Of a stretch of DNA of 64,000 nt, positions 38,951 to 53,519 are shown piece after piece. The notes under the pieces are model-generated. The model did not search any database. It was not told the origin of the DNA and saw nothing but the letters and a program-made list of their open reading frames with translations. A program made the translations under genes and the position numbers. Positions within the stretch are counted from its first letter, which is position 1. Every line of letters begins with the position of its first letter. Source of the DNA: Paraspadella gotoi. Its lineage: Eukaryota > Animalia > Chaetognatha. Location of the stretch: positions 13,353,437 through 13,417,436 of the forward strand of contig CM119268.1 of the NCBI GenBank assembly GCA_051294375.1. Reading direction: 5' to 3'.

Positions 38951-41238
38951 AAGTCTTTCACCGAGTGACTCGATTTTTTGGCGGCGGGATTTCCCCAGAC
39001 GTAACTTTCACCGACTTCTTCGCGCGTTTGCAAAAAAAGACCTCGAATCGACGCCTTGTATTATTATCCGTGTGACTAAAAATAAACTCGATCGAATCGC
39101 TTTCTCGGTACTTGATCCCCCTCCATTTCCCCCCCAAGCCCTTCTTTTTCCCCGCCCTCCCGCTGAACTTCTCAATTTTTATTCCGTAGTCGTAGATCCA
39201 GTTATAATTTCAAGTTTCCTTCGCTTTTGTCCGTCAATGATCGTCGACGGAAAACGCTTAGGGTATTTTTTTTTTAATTATCATTATTATTCGCCTTTTT
39301 TTTATCACGCGAAATTGTGTGAATGTAAAGCATTTTAAGGTGTTCAATTAAAAGTAAATTACAAGAATTTTTCGTTTTTCTTTTGTTAAAGCTACTATTA
39401 GTTATTGAGTCATATTAGCATCAATAGCAGAAGAAAAATAAACAGTGGAGGTGGTCGAGATAAAAATGGCGAACAAAATGAGATGAATCGATTTATTGAA
39501 ATCAGAAAAGCGAATGGAATCGAATTGGCTAATTGTACAAAGTGGCATTCATTTTTATACGGCGAGGGAGAGAAAATTTGGTTTACATTTGTAAAGTAAA
39601 CAATTCTAAAAATACTTCCAAATAAGGTAACGTTTTGCGACCGGCGTTTGAACAGAGGGAGCAAAATATTTCTTAGCGGGCATTGGAATTTTTAAAGAAT
39701 TCGGCAGGCGATTTTATTTACTTTCTTACTAATAATAATAATCAGGATCTCCACTAAACTTTGCATAACGGCATGCTTATCTAAACTAATCTAAACTACT
39801 AAAAATTATCTTAGAATTTAGTTAGTGACCTAAAGCGTCCTCCATAAGTGAATGAATTAAAGCAGTCGTCCTTTGTATAAAAATTCTATAATAAATAACA
39901 AGTTGAATAAATTTGTTATTTGTGTTTTTGAGTAATAATGCTTAGTAAATAGCCGCAAAATGAATAAATCTCGTATGTTCTCCGACTTATTTCAAATGTG
40001 CATAAAACTCTCGTAACAATTACCTAAAGGCTAAAGCTCTCTTACGGATTAGGCTTGTAAATTTGTAGAAAACCAACATAACAATGAGGATCTGGCCAAT
40101 GCATCGGTTTTAAGTTCAATGGCATGGTGCATATGCACATATGTACATGTGAAGGCAATTACAATATTTGTTAATTATGATTTCTTAGAACTCCCCCGGA
40201 GGATTTTTAACTTTAAATAGTAAGCTCAGTCACCTGGGTTTCACAGGAATTATAGATGTACCTAATTTTGCAGTACTGATTGACTTTCCCACACTCTGTA
40301 TTGTATCCTAGTTTACATAAATAACTCCTGCGAAACTTATACGTACTACGTTATCAAGCGGTCGTTTTTACTGCCACCCTGTAGAAGCAAATAAGGCATC
40401 CTAGTAATAGTAATTTATAATTCATTATTGCACTCCAATTACCAACGATTGTGACCTCCATTCCGGGCTAAAGCGACGTAGCCCTCCAGGACGCTCCACG
40501 ACGTCCAACGCGATGGACCCGGCGACGAGGACGACGACGACGACGAATCCGTAAACGACGACGATAAGAAGCGCGCCGTCGGAAACGACGACGACGATGG
40601 AGACGACGACGACGCAAACGGCGCCTCGTCGCGTCTCCTGGTTTTCCAGACTTTTTTGTCGCGAATTTCGCTTCATTGTTCCGACTAAGTTTTCGTCGCT
40701 CCTTTGCTTACGCGCTGGGAGAATTGTTTTTGAAACTAAACTAAACTATTAGTATTACTTACTAAGTTATCGGGTTTTTTTTTCTCGGTAACGCATGTGA
40801 ACAAAAAAGAAAAAAAAAATTGAGCGGGGTTTTGAAATTAAATGAATAATGCAATAAACTCGAACGTTTTTCTGTCATTACAGTTAAATTATACTTTATT
40901 TTATTTTTCTTATCTTAGTTGCTTTCATTTTAATTATTCCTTACTTCATCTTCTTTTCTTTCATTGTTTACCGGATTGTAAAAATGCGAGCACTTTTAAA
41001 AATAATCTTCTTCTTTTTCTGGTGAACGTTTCTGTTTGTTGTCGCCCTCTCGCATGAAAATTCCAAAAAATTTAAATTATTTACGACGAAATGCAAATAC
41101 GGCTATAAAATAATAAATGGATGATTATAATCGCGTTCAATTAGGAATTGGAAAAAAAAATGCTTGGCAAGCATTGAAGTCTTGTGAGTATTGAACGATG
41201 AATAAAGAGAATGGGAGAAAATTAAAATAAAGAAGAAA

Positions 41239-41328
<90 letters not shown>

Positions 41329-41470
41329 GAGAGAGAGAGAGAGAGAGAGAGAACGTTGAAGCCAAGTGAAATGAAAGGAAACAAACCTATAATGGTGAGG
41401 CTATAATCGGTTAAAGAAAGTTTAACGGACGAGGGGAAAAGATTGCGAAAGAAAGAAAATAACTGAAGAA

Positions 41471-41501
<31 letters not shown>

Positions 41502-42070
41502 GAGAGATGGAAAACCGCGCGTCGACGGGTAAAGAGGAGGCGCATTATTTTTTTCCTTCTAAACCGCTAAACACGCCATAACATTAGCTTCATCGAACCC
41601 GGACGATTTTTCTCTCTTTCTCCTTCTCTTTCTTCTTTCTTTTCTCTTTCTTTTATTTTTCCCGTCACGTTCTCTTTTTCAGTGGTCTCCCAGCACTTTC
41701 AAGAAGGTCTTTGTTGCTGGTGGTTGTCGATCTAATCAGGGTATTTCTCTCTTTCTTATCTTTTCCACTCCTCTCTCCTCTTTCTCTCCTCTTCTCTCTT
41801 CTCTCTCACTTCTTTTCATATTCTACCGCTGACCCTTCCACTGATTAACCTCCATTATCGTCGATGTTTCTCGCATTTCGTCCATCAGCGAGCAATTTCC
41901 ATTGCTGGCCCGCACACCGTGCTTTCACAGCTTCAGAGTTCAATTTCCGCCTCTTAACTGAGGGTTTTCTGGACATGAGATAGGCATTCGGCATAGCGGC
42001 AATTATTACAGAGAAACGGATAAATATAAAGTTTTTCGATTTTTAGGTTTGCAACAGTTTAGGGTAATAT

Positions 42071-42312
42071 TGTGGCGAATCCTGAATTTGCCTCCCGAGT
42101 AGCTTGGACAAACTCAGCTCGTCCCATTTGTATGGTCAGCTAAGGACTCGATCACCAATTGTGAGTTCCCGGTTTAATCCACTCACGTTCACTCTGGTTA
42201 AGTGTGATGGTGTATATATAAACACGCCAGTCTCTACAAGACTAAAGCACTGAGCGCCACCTGTCGGCAAATGCCTCACACCCCGGGCATCACACACTTC
42301 TTCCCGTTGCCA
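42071..42312. mobile_element. Solo-LTR-like dispersed repeat, copy A
   Basis: Shares TGTGGCGAATCCT, AAACTCAGCTCGTCCCATT, AAGTGTGATGGTGT, CTGAGCGCCA and ATGCCTCACACCCC.GGCATCACACA with 63425-63680. TATATATAAA inside; no clear TSD. Confidence 0.65.
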
Positions 42313-43068
42313 AGAAAACAAACTTAAGTAAATAAAAAATAATTGATAATTTTTTTCTTTATGTCTGAAATAAATAAATATCAAATTTTCATAAATATCA
42401 AATTGAATTAGAACAATCGGGACTTCTGAAAAGAAACCGAGAACGAACCGTTCAACTTCCAAGTCACAAAAAAAAGTCAGACTGAGCCGATTCTTCTGTT
42501 TTTTTTTTCACGTCATTCACAAAGGATAACTTTTCTTTATTAAACATAATCTCGATGCGCCAGGCTCTCTCTAATTTTTCTTTTCTTTCTTTTACTTTCC
42601 TTAATATTTTTCGTATCTTCTCCCGTTTTTTTCTTCTGCTTTCTTCATTTCCTTTTTTTTTTCTTTCTTTCGGGAAATCGTCGTCAATCCTCGTCTCAGA
42701 AATAATCAGAATAAAAAGATTCCAATCTTTTCTTTAGTAACGACAACGACAACAACATCTTGAGGCGCCGACCCTTCCTTGACTTTTCTCGTCTCCTCGA
42801 TTTTGTAGCGAAGTTCCTCGTCGCCTCTCACCGTCGTCCGAAGCTCGAGCGGACCGTCGAGACTCTCCTCCACGAATCATGTGAATTCCGCCGGTCGAAA
42901 GGCTCGAGAGGAAAGGCGGAGTCGGTCGCCTGACGTCGACTCGACGAGCCGTTTCGACTTTCCAAGTCTTCGTCACTCATTCTCGTCCCCGAGATCCTCT
43001 TTCCGACTCTCGAGGAAGGGCGTGCCCGCATCGTCAGTAATCTTCGTCCGCCCCAACGCCCACGCCTA

Positions 43069-43101
<33 letters not shown>

Positions 43102-44600
43102 ACGCCAACGCCCTCATTCTCTCGGCCACAGCCACGGCGCGCCGCCTTCGGTTTCACGCCACGGCGCGCCGTTTCCGGTGCCACGCGATGGCGCCGCGGG
43201 CGGCGTCGCGTCTCTCCGTCGTCTTCGCGGTTGTCGTCGCCGGCGTGTTTTCCTTGGCGTCCGTTTATCTGCACCTGCAGAGGGAGTTGCATTTGCGGGA
43301 TTCGGGTGAGTAAACGATTGAAGCTGAACGGTTTTCGTAAGTCGGGGGGCGATCGTCGGGTTTTCGTCTTCGTCGTCGTCTTTGTGTTCGCCTTCGTCGT
43401 CGTTTTCGTCGTCATTTTCGTCGTCAGTTTCGTGACTCAATGTCTTCGAAGAAATGAAGTCGCGAGAGATTACTGACGCAATCGGGGAAATGTAATCGGA
43501 ATGTTGCCAGAAAATCTTTTGAAAATTACTTTGGATTGTATTCGATGTCTTTTTTGGAAGGTAATGTTTATCTTGGCTCTTTCATATGTAATCGGCATTA
43601 AAGTCTTACAATTTTTAATACATAAAAATACGGGAGTTTGTTTTAAAGAAAGCTATTTTTTTTTGTTAACCCTCTGCAAGTCAAGCACCATTCCTCGTTA
43701 TAATAGGGCTTCGTACTAATAATTGATGTGTGTTAATAAATTCACACAACGAAACGAAAGGAATAATACACTATGGCTTCCTACTAATAATTGATACTAG
43801 TGAACCCTCATCTAATGCCGCGTTTCGGCCGCAGCAGAATTCGCGAATGCCGTCAAGTTTCGGCGACAAAAATGATCCGGGGTTTCCTATTTGCAGCTGT
43901 GGACGTTTAAGGCGAGAGTCAATCCTTTTTTTTCGCTTGGAAGGATAAATAAATTGAAAATGAAAAAGTAATTTTTTTCTGGTCAGCTGTTGCCTTCGAT
44001 CAGTTTTAAGTAACTTTCAGACGAAAAAATGATCAAAAAGCTTTAGTTCTTGTTTACAACCACTATATAAAAAATAATAGATATAACTTTATAAGCAGAA
44101 AGTTACAATTGTGGTTTCATGCCGCGACTAAAAATAATGGAAAAGTTTTTTTCCATTGATTTTAAAGCGAAGAAAGAAGCAATGCATCTCAAGTGAAAAT
44201 TTGGAAAAAAATTTCGGAAACAATGAAAAAATGAGATTCTCAATATCTACAATATCTAAAAAAATAAAATCCGATGAAATGATACAATGCGATTTGAAAG
44301 AAAAATTGTGAGAAAATTAACTTTGAGAAGCCATGGATACTGGGTTGTTTTGCGTAAATGTGTCCGATGTAATTGATATTGATATTGATATTCATTCATG
44401 CGCTGCACGAGAAAGCCTTATTTCTTTGTCTTTCTGTCGAACTTTAAAGGAATAACACGTGATTTGCAGTTAAACTCGCGCAAAACAATACTCCTCTCTC
44501 GCCGACTGAATCTTCGACGCGATCCACACAAAAAATACGCCTACAGCATAAAAGCGTCTGGGTCCCTGGGAGTTTATTTCAAAGAATGTCTCTCTCTTTC

Positions 44601-44644
<44 letters not shown>

Positions 44645-44646
44645 CT

Positions 44647-44689
<43 letters not shown>

Positions 44690-45888
44690 TTTTCTATTTT
44701 CATCTCTCTCCTCCCTCCTTTTTTCCCCATAATCGCTCCGCGAACGAGATTTCTCCTCCTTTCATTAGCTGCAGTTTTGACACAAAGAAAGAAGAAAGTT
44801 TACTACAACAGAGTTTGAAACGCTGCTTTCTCCCGCGCGCCGACCGAAACCCCCCGGAACATTCCCACAGTCCTATTGTCCGTCTCTCCTTCTGTCAGTC
44901 TCTCCCTGTCTGGGGTGCGCGTTTATGTCTGGTTGTCTGTCGTTCCTTCTTCTTTCCTGTCCGTTTCCTATTTGGAATTATTTGATCGTAGATTTTCTCT
45001 TCCTTCCTCTCTTCTCTCTCTCTCTCTCTCGCACGATTTTGTGCTCTCTTCCTTTCTATCTTCCCTCTCTCCCTCTCCCTCATTCTGGCCTACCCTCCCA
45101 CCCCACCTCTCAACCAAGGTTTTTAAAGCGCGAATATCCCGCAAATTATTCACTGCCCACGGATCACGTGCGATGGTCGTGAAAATCGGGAACGAAGAGA
45201 GTTAAGCGTTCGTCAATTAAACGCTTCCATGCCGATGTAAACTTACCCGCGACTATCTGCAGTGTTGTTGTTTTGTCATTTAAAGCTGATTATCGCAGTT
45301 GTCTTTCTTCATAATTTTATCACGTGGTGGTAAACGAAATAGTGAATTTTGTCTTGAATTCTCAGATTTCTGAAAAAAACAAAACAAAACAACCCGAAAT
45401 CAAATCTTTAAACTTTAAACTATTCCACTTTTTTTATTTTGCGAGATTTGAATTCAAATTCATCTTTTTTTTTTCATCATAGCGGTTGCCGTCGTTCCTC
45501 CTTCGAGGTAAACATATTTTTATGTTCTACTCTTCGCGACGCTTTCCTGCGCTGCGCTGCGGCCGTCAAAAATTCCGTCGTCAATCATTCGGCTGCTGAC
45601 GTCGCGTTGCCACCGATGCTGCTGCTGCTGAAACTGATTTTGACGCTAGATTTGAGTCAACTTGTCGTACCCTATGGACATATAGAAAAACGCGCAAACT
45701 AAAAACCATTTTTCTAAAAAAAAAATTTGAGATGCAAAACAATTTTGGAAAAAAAAATCGGTTTAACGAGCTTAGGAAAGGAGAAGAATTGGAAGGAAAT
45801 TTACGGGGGTCTAACTTTCATAATGGATGCAAATATGTTGGGTTAACAAGGAACTCTCTCTCTCTCTCTCTCTCTCCTCTCACTCTCG

Positions 45889-45963
<75 letters not shown>

Positions 45964-46591
45964 TCCATCAAAAATCCACTTTGATGCATTTGAGAAAGAA
46001 ATTTTTCTTCCGAATTTCAAAATGCAATCGTGAGACTCGCGATTTATGTATTTCTTCCTCGTCTTTTGTTTTTCTTTTTTCATTTTGAAGGTTGTTATTC
46101 TTATATACTAGATTGTAGAGTCTTAACAAATGTGAAACCGATAAGCAAAAAGTTTATATTAATTTTTTACCGAATTCAAAAGAAATATAGAAATCACAGT
46201 CACACAAGGCTCCGGTTTTTATTCATTGATGTCTCCTCCCTTACTCAGCTCACTCCTTCCTCATTCCTCTTTATTCACTATTTACCTTTAACCTTACCTT
46301 TAACCTTACCTTTAACTCCCGTCACTCGTTCCTCGCATATTTTCGTCCGTTCTATTCTCACTCTTCTCACCCCATAACTTGTCTCCATTCTTGATTTCTC
46401 TCGAATTCAATCGTGCCAAATGTATTCAGGCCTATATGCTAACAAGGGAGAGAGAGAGAGAAGGAAGAGAGAGAGAGGAGAGAGAGACGATAGAGAGAGA
46501 GAGAGAGAGAGATGGAGAGAGAGAGAGAGAGATTCGTAGGTGGTAATACTCAAGGATGGTCGACGTCGAGGAAGGGTGAGGAACGAAGATG

Positions 46592-46633
<42 letters not shown>

Positions 46634-46636
46634 AGC

Positions 46637-46671
<35 letters not shown>

Positions 46672-46936
46672 GAACACAAAATTTCACTCTTGAAAAATTT
46701 TAAGGGAAGGAGAGAAGAGAGAAGGAAGGATTTTTTTTGTTTGGCTCTGGCGAGGACGAAGAAGAGGAAGAAGAGGAAGAAGAGAAGAAGAAGAGGAGGA
46801 AAAAAGAAAAGAATTCATTATTAAAAATGGAGAGAGAATGTGTTTCAGCGCAAAATATGTCGGATGTGGAGGAAGGGGGAACAAGATAAGGCTATTTTGA
46901 GACGGAAAGGTAGAATAGACTAGACTAGACGAGACT

Positions 46937-46997
46937 AGAATAGAATAGAATAGAATAGAATAGAATAGAATAGAATAGAATAGAATAGATTAGAATA
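46937..46997. repeat. (AATAG)n pentanucleotide microsatellite
   Basis: Direct reading of the sequence. Confidence 0.95.
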
Positions 46998-47463
46998 GGG
47001 TCAGAGAAGAAAAGATGATCTCAACCATGAGCAATATGCAACACCCATAAATCCGTAACTCAACTTTCCTCGAAATGGCCGAATGAAAAAAATGAGTAAA
47101 ACTCACCGGTTTAATCATTATCACGTTTTCACGCCGATAAATGATTGTTTTTCTCGATTTACTCCGATCGTAAAATCTCCTTCTTTTTCCTCCCCTTGAT
47201 TTTTTTTTCCTTCCCTTTTCCTTCCTTCTCACATTTTTTTTTTCTTCAAATCTTCTTTACTCACTCTCACGCTAACGATTCCTCTTCCCGAGAACCGCTC
47301 TTCCTGCCCATGTCGAGCCGGGACGCTCCTCTTCCTCCTCTCTCCTTCCTTTCAAATCATAACTGGTCCCCGGAGGCCGCCGGAGTTTCCGGCCGGAAAA
47401 ACCGCCGATTTTTACCAAGGGGGCCGGGGATTCATCCGGCGTGGTTTACAAGGGCGCGCCTCC

Positions 47464-47506
<43 letters not shown>

Positions 47507-47508
47507 CT

Positions 47509-47540
<32 letters not shown>

Positions 47541-50229
47541 TCTCTCAACTGTATCTAAAAAAACATTTCAAAGCTCACAAGTAGATTTAGTTGACTAGTT
47601 AAGTATTGGGTTATCGACTTTTTTTTATCATAAATTTCTTTGTTATCTATTTGAAATCAACTAAACTTCGTTGGCGTCAATGACCTTCAACGATGACAAA
47701 AAATGATTTAATTAACTTAAATCTTGACTCTTTCTTTCTCTACTCCATATTCTTCCATTTAATGTGATTTAAAATTATTTTTTTTATTATTAAAATAGAG
47801 TGTTAATTAAATTCAAATTCTGTTTTCTGGTTCATCCTTTTCGATTTCAAGAATCGTTTTAACATTCCATTGGTTCGAGCGACTCACTATTCGTTCCTTC
47901 AAAAACCAATTTTTTTCGTCTCTCCATTTTCTCAATTTTTTCTTTCTTCCTTACTTCCTTGTTAGTTTCTTTCATCTTTTCTTTCTTTTATCTCTCACAC
48001 TTTTCTCCGCTCTTTTTTCTATCTTTTCTTCACACAAACCTCTTTCTCGCATCCACCATTATTCCCTTTCTCGGGTTCAATTATCGGATCTCGGAGGGAG
48101 AACTATTCTTTTTCTCTCTCCCTCTCCCTCTCGCTCTCATTTGAAAAACAATACGAGCGTTTTTTTTTCCTTTCTCCCCAACAGATGCCCACCGATTTAG
48201 GGATGACGTTGACGCATTTAGGTCGGACGTTGACGAATTTTCCGAATAACTAAGAACGCATTAAAAATAAGCGTTCTTTTTCTTTCTGATCTCGCAGTGA
48301 TTAATCAGGAAATTATAAAGATAGAAAAATTTAGAATTGAAACGAGAGAAGAGGGGTTCTTTTGATCCGGAATTACCACTGAGATATTTCGCATCAATGT
48401 TTGTTAAATGTTTTTGGACTTATGTTGGCTAACATTGGGTCGTTCCTTCTTCTGTCTCGTTTATTTTTTTTTTTGCTAGTAGGTTTTTTGGCAATGATGT
48501 CTCTTTCCCATCATTTGCCCTAAAGTGTCTCCTTGTTCGACCCAAAAAAACTTCTCACCACCATGGGTGATCAACGAGTCAGGCTAGATGGGTGATCAAC
48601 AGTCATCGAATTTATTTTATGTCGTCGTCATCGTCGTTTTTCGATTTTCTCGTCCGTATCGTCGTCCATTTCGGCGTCATTTTCGTCGTCAATAACAATC
48701 GAGGAAAATCTTAAACGTCATCGGAAGTCGACCACGAAAATTACAATGCAAATCTGCTGTGTCGAGACGCAGCACGGCGGGTTTTTAGCGCTTGTTTGGA
48801 CCATTAAATGAAGTTTTTCTTCAGTTTAAAATTGTTAATATTAATCTTAATTACTTTTTAAAATATCTATTGCTGGTTAGTAACATTTAATAAATTATAA
48901 ACTTAATAAAAAATATTTTAAAAGATAAAGTTGAAAATGATTTATGTGGTTAATGCTTATTTGAAATTTAAGAACTTATTAAAGATTTAATAAAATAATT
49001 TTTAAAATATTCTATTAAAATTCTAATTATTCATTAATTAAATCGTTATTAATACTAATCTTTTTTTTTGATCGTTACATTACTTCACCTAAACAAAGCG
49101 AAGACTCGGGGTGCGTGTGATTTCGCGATTCCCGTGCAAACGACATCGAGTTTTTCCGCGAATAAATTTCTCATTTTCCCGCGAGACGCGAGACGAGCGC
49201 CTATGAACGCGGACCGTTTTAACGCCGCTTGGGACGGCAGTGCGAGATTCAACCACTCTCCTGGTAGTTCATTACTCTCTTGGGAGTGTGACGGCAGCGT
49301 ATGCTCCTAAACCATATTACTGTATTTGGAGTGTGGTAAAAACTGTCTGTGATCGAAGCTACTCATTGATATCATGGAGCGAGACAGCAGTTTGTGATAC
49401 AAAATCAATTTTCTGAGAATTATCTCTAAGTAAAAACCTTTATTTTTCTTGTTCTATAAGATCTGTGGGTGGGACATTCGATTGTGATACTTTACCACTC
49501 TCTGGGTATCTTATTAATGCCTCGTGAGCGAGACACCAGTGATGATAAATCTCCATAACTCTCTGGGGCGGCCTTGTAATGGCGTTCAAAGTCAGGAACG
49601 CCAGTCTTACTTGCTTTGCTAACGGTATAAAAAGAGAATTAAAAAGAAAAACAGACAACTTCGCCTACACCACGCGATATGTACATGGTCCAATCGGTGA
49701 TCCACCGACGCGCGTTCACCGTTCACCGGTCCGTTCCGCGTGATCGGAGCTTATTATCGCGACGGAGCATCGTTATGGCGATACCTGTAAGGCCGCTGCC
49801 TCGTTAAAGGTTATTAGACACAAAGGAAAACGGTCGTCGACGGGGCGCGCGTGGCGTAATTGCGTGATCGAGGAAAAAAATTAAAAGAGAAAACAAAAGA
49901 TGTCGGGGATGAGACATCGAGATAGCAACATATTTCGTTTTAGACTGCAGTTTATGGAGGAAAAACCATACGTAAATATTTCAGTTTATAAATGCATGAA
50001 GTTCTTTCACAAGTTTAAAAAAAAAAAGGTTACCTAAAAGAAAGAATCCGTGCAGAACCGAAACCCTGGGCTTTCAGTGGGCAAGTAGATTTTGTATGTC
50101 TCTTTCTTTCTTTCTCCCTCTTTCTTTCATTGTCTTTTCTCTTTGTCTACATCTTTCTTGCCCAACCTCTTCCCCTCTAATCTCTTTCCCACTCTAACAT
50201 TCTTCCATTGGCTGGTTCTTTCTCTCTGT

Positions 50230-50310
<81 letters not shown>

Positions 50311-52815
50311 ATCCCCGCCGAAAGCGACGCCTCGCGGTGGGGCGTCGCGAACGTGGTGCAATATTGGCAAGTCGGGGTCTCTGAATGTCAGTTAGGGGTA
50401 AGTAACGTAAATGAAAAATGGGAAAGCTCTCTGCTCGCGGAAGGGAAGGCCGAAGGGGGTAAAGAAGAAAAATCAGGTGGGGCGTGGAGTTGGAACTGAA
50501 GGAAATAATGGAGAAGAGAAACGCCCCGGGTTGTGAGGGGACCGGGGATGGATTGAACCCATGACTCAAATTGGACCGGACCAAGGAATTCTCGACGTCC
50601 GAGACGCGTCGACAGTCGACAGTCGACACAGTCCCGTCCGGATTGAATGAAGACGGTGGACGATGGAAAGAAATCTTGAAAACGTTTTAGTTTTGCTGTT
50701 TGAAGTCAATATTAGAATCTTGTTTGAAATTGGTACAACCATTATGTTTGTTTGGCAGTGATAAGTTATTCTTTCGTCTCACGTCTTCGACATTCCTTTT
50801 ATTTCTTCTTCAACTCTGAAAAAGGAATCAGAGAGACCGAAGATTTTTTTTGAGATGTGAATCGTTGGACCGAAAAACATCATCGGTTTCTGATATAAAC
50901 GAAACGTTGCGCTTTCTTCTTTCTCTTTTCCTTTTTCGATTTATTTTGCGGGACCGAATATTTATAGCAAATGTGGAAATAACACGAAGTTGATTGTGAG
51001 GGAAATACTTTTCTAATATAAAGACAGGCTTAGTAAAAAGTCAGCATTACTTTTTTAATCTCTATGATGAAGTAACGAAGATAAAACGAGTTGAAATGCA
51101 TTGTGAGGATTTCTATTCGTTTTTTTGGTTTTGCAAAAAAAGGTCACCAAACTTTTAAAACTTTTAAAGTGTTTCACTTCTTTCTCAACAGCCGCTAATA
51201 AAGCTAATGATTTTTTCGCTTGACAGTTTTGTTTCTATTTCTCTCTCCATCTTTATCTCTCCGTTTCTATCTTTGTCTCTTTCTCTCTTAATATCGCCCT
51301 CTCCCTCATATAAGGCCATTGGTTATATCATTATCAAACTCGTTCTTCTCGTAAGAAAATTGTTCTTTTGTTTTTATCGCTCCTCCCGACTCGGATGAGG
51401 GGGAACCTTCACAATGTGGAGTCCACATTGTGGGGAAGATCAAGTTCTATGATGATGAGGTGGATTCGTTGGCTGACGAGCATGCTTTCTTGACGCTTTG
51501 CAAATTAATGGGCAGGAAATTTGTCGACTCATTGTAACGCTCAAAGGTCCAAAGCATAGTCTGCAGTGCATAGTTCTTGCATAATTACACTTACTGTGAT
51601 TATCTCTCTCGTTGCCTACAAGTCCAATGGTCATTTTTCTGCGAATCAATTAACACAGTAAATCGGCGTCAGCACTCAGAAATCTATTTCCGATAAATAG
51701 CGATTTACCATTGGCCATTCCCAAGGAAGTCACATCGTCAGAGGCCGCCTTTTCAATCCGCGTCATTCAAAACTTACGTCGGCAAAGAATCTCCGCTCAA
51801 GAATCGCTCAATTGCATCTGAACGCGCAATGAGGAAAATAATCTTCGTCGGTTCTTGATTGATTCTTAATCTCTGTCTGAGGCGACGAGGAGGTAACTAA
51901 TACCCCGTCGCTCGTCCGTTGACGCCGAAGGTACGAAACATGCGCTCCTACCAAAGGAGTGGGGTTCGCGATTAACACAAGAAGGCAGGATGGAACATTT
52001 TACCCGACTCACGGCATCTCGTTTCTTTTGAACGAAACTCGGCGGCCTCAGACCGTAAAAAAGCGCATAATACACGCCCTTTTTTTCTCCGCTCATTTTT
52101 TTTTTTTTTTTTTTGCAAGGCCAAAACTGTGAAAGCACGGCGCCATACATGCGCCAGCGCCAGCGCCAAAAAAAAAACAAACAAAAAACAATAACAAAAA
52201 CAAAAATGGAGTGAAGCGACGAAACGATTTGATTCGATATTCTGTGGCAAAACAATTGAAGTCCATTCGAATGTCGCCCTTCGCCGACTCAGCGATTTTT
52301 TACGCTGCGCCGCCCCCTCTCTCTCGCTGCCTAACCCAGCAACCGCGAAAGCTTCTGCGCCGGACCAAGCTTCTGCGCCGGACCAAGCTCCGTTTCTTTT
52401 TTTCAGGTTAATTTTTTGAATTACCGATCATGTGACTATTTCGACATAATTACATTTTTAAGTAAATTTTATATTTTTATCAACGATTTAATATGGATTC
52501 CGGACAATGTTAAACAGTAATTATTTCGAATGCAGCTTTTTGCAGAAAACCCCTAATCTCTCTCAAATTACGGATTTTTCTCCGAATCAGCATCCAGTAA
52601 TCTTCTTCCACGTAATCTCGCCTCTGCCTCATCTTCTCAATCTCATTCTCCGCCGATGGTGTCGCTGTTACACTTCGTTCCAACCGACGTCGCAAAAAAG
52701 GGTCGAGGACGATAACGACGACGTCGACGGACGACAATGAGGACGACCAAGAGTGTTATCGAAACTCTTGCCGATGAAACTAGGGCGCGCCCTGCGTTTC
52801 TCTCTTTTCTCTCTT

Positions 52816-52885
<70 letters not shown>

Positions 52886-53463
52886 ATTTCTATTTCTTCA
52901 TCCCTCTCATTCTCCGTTCACACGCTCCCCCCCCCGGAAGCCTCTCTTCCTTCCCGAGTCTCCCCAGTTGACAACGCAGCCAAATTTCTTAATCAAATTT
53001 TCAATGATGGATGAAATGAAGGCCGCTTTGCCGGTACTGGGGCCGGTGGCCGACACGGTTGCCGGATCCGACGCCGACGCTGGCATCGACCCTCCTCTAA
53101 CGGCGCCCCGGCGAGCGACGCGGGACGCCGCCGCGCAGAGCGAAAAACGGGGAAAAAGTGGAGGGGGGGGAAGGGCGGTTGGAAAACAAAACAAACAAAC
53201 AAAACCTTCGTGTAAACAAAAAGATAAACGAGAGGAACAAGGGCGACGTCAGAAAAGGGACATTGTAGCGATGACGTCCGCGAAGAACACCTCGTGGAAT
53301 GATCAGAATGTAATAAAGATGAAAGAAAGATATTAAGCCAAAGAAAAATCAATATTAAACGAAAGAGAATAAAAGATAATGAAATTAATATAAAAAAACG
53401 ATATATAGAAAAAAATAAACAACACAACTAACAAAGATTGTGAGGTAACTGAAAAAGGAGAGG

Positions 53464-53519
<56 letters not shown>

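Noticed and set aside
42071-42312. Hammerhead ribozyme / retrozyme in the LTR-like repeat
   Set aside because: No CUGANGA core on either strand of either copy.
42734-43476. Overlapping GC-rich ORFs (also 40425-40676, 52737-53336, 62424-62927)
   Set aside because: Low-complexity GAC/GTC repeats open several frames; no recognisable domain or consistent splice structure. More likely CpG-rich UTR or promoter sequence.
49252-49337. Two tandem hairpins resembling an H/ACA snoRNA or miRNA pair
   Set aside because: The hinge lacks ANANNA, there is no terminal ACA and the stems are too short for pre-miRNA; it looks like a small degenerate duplication.
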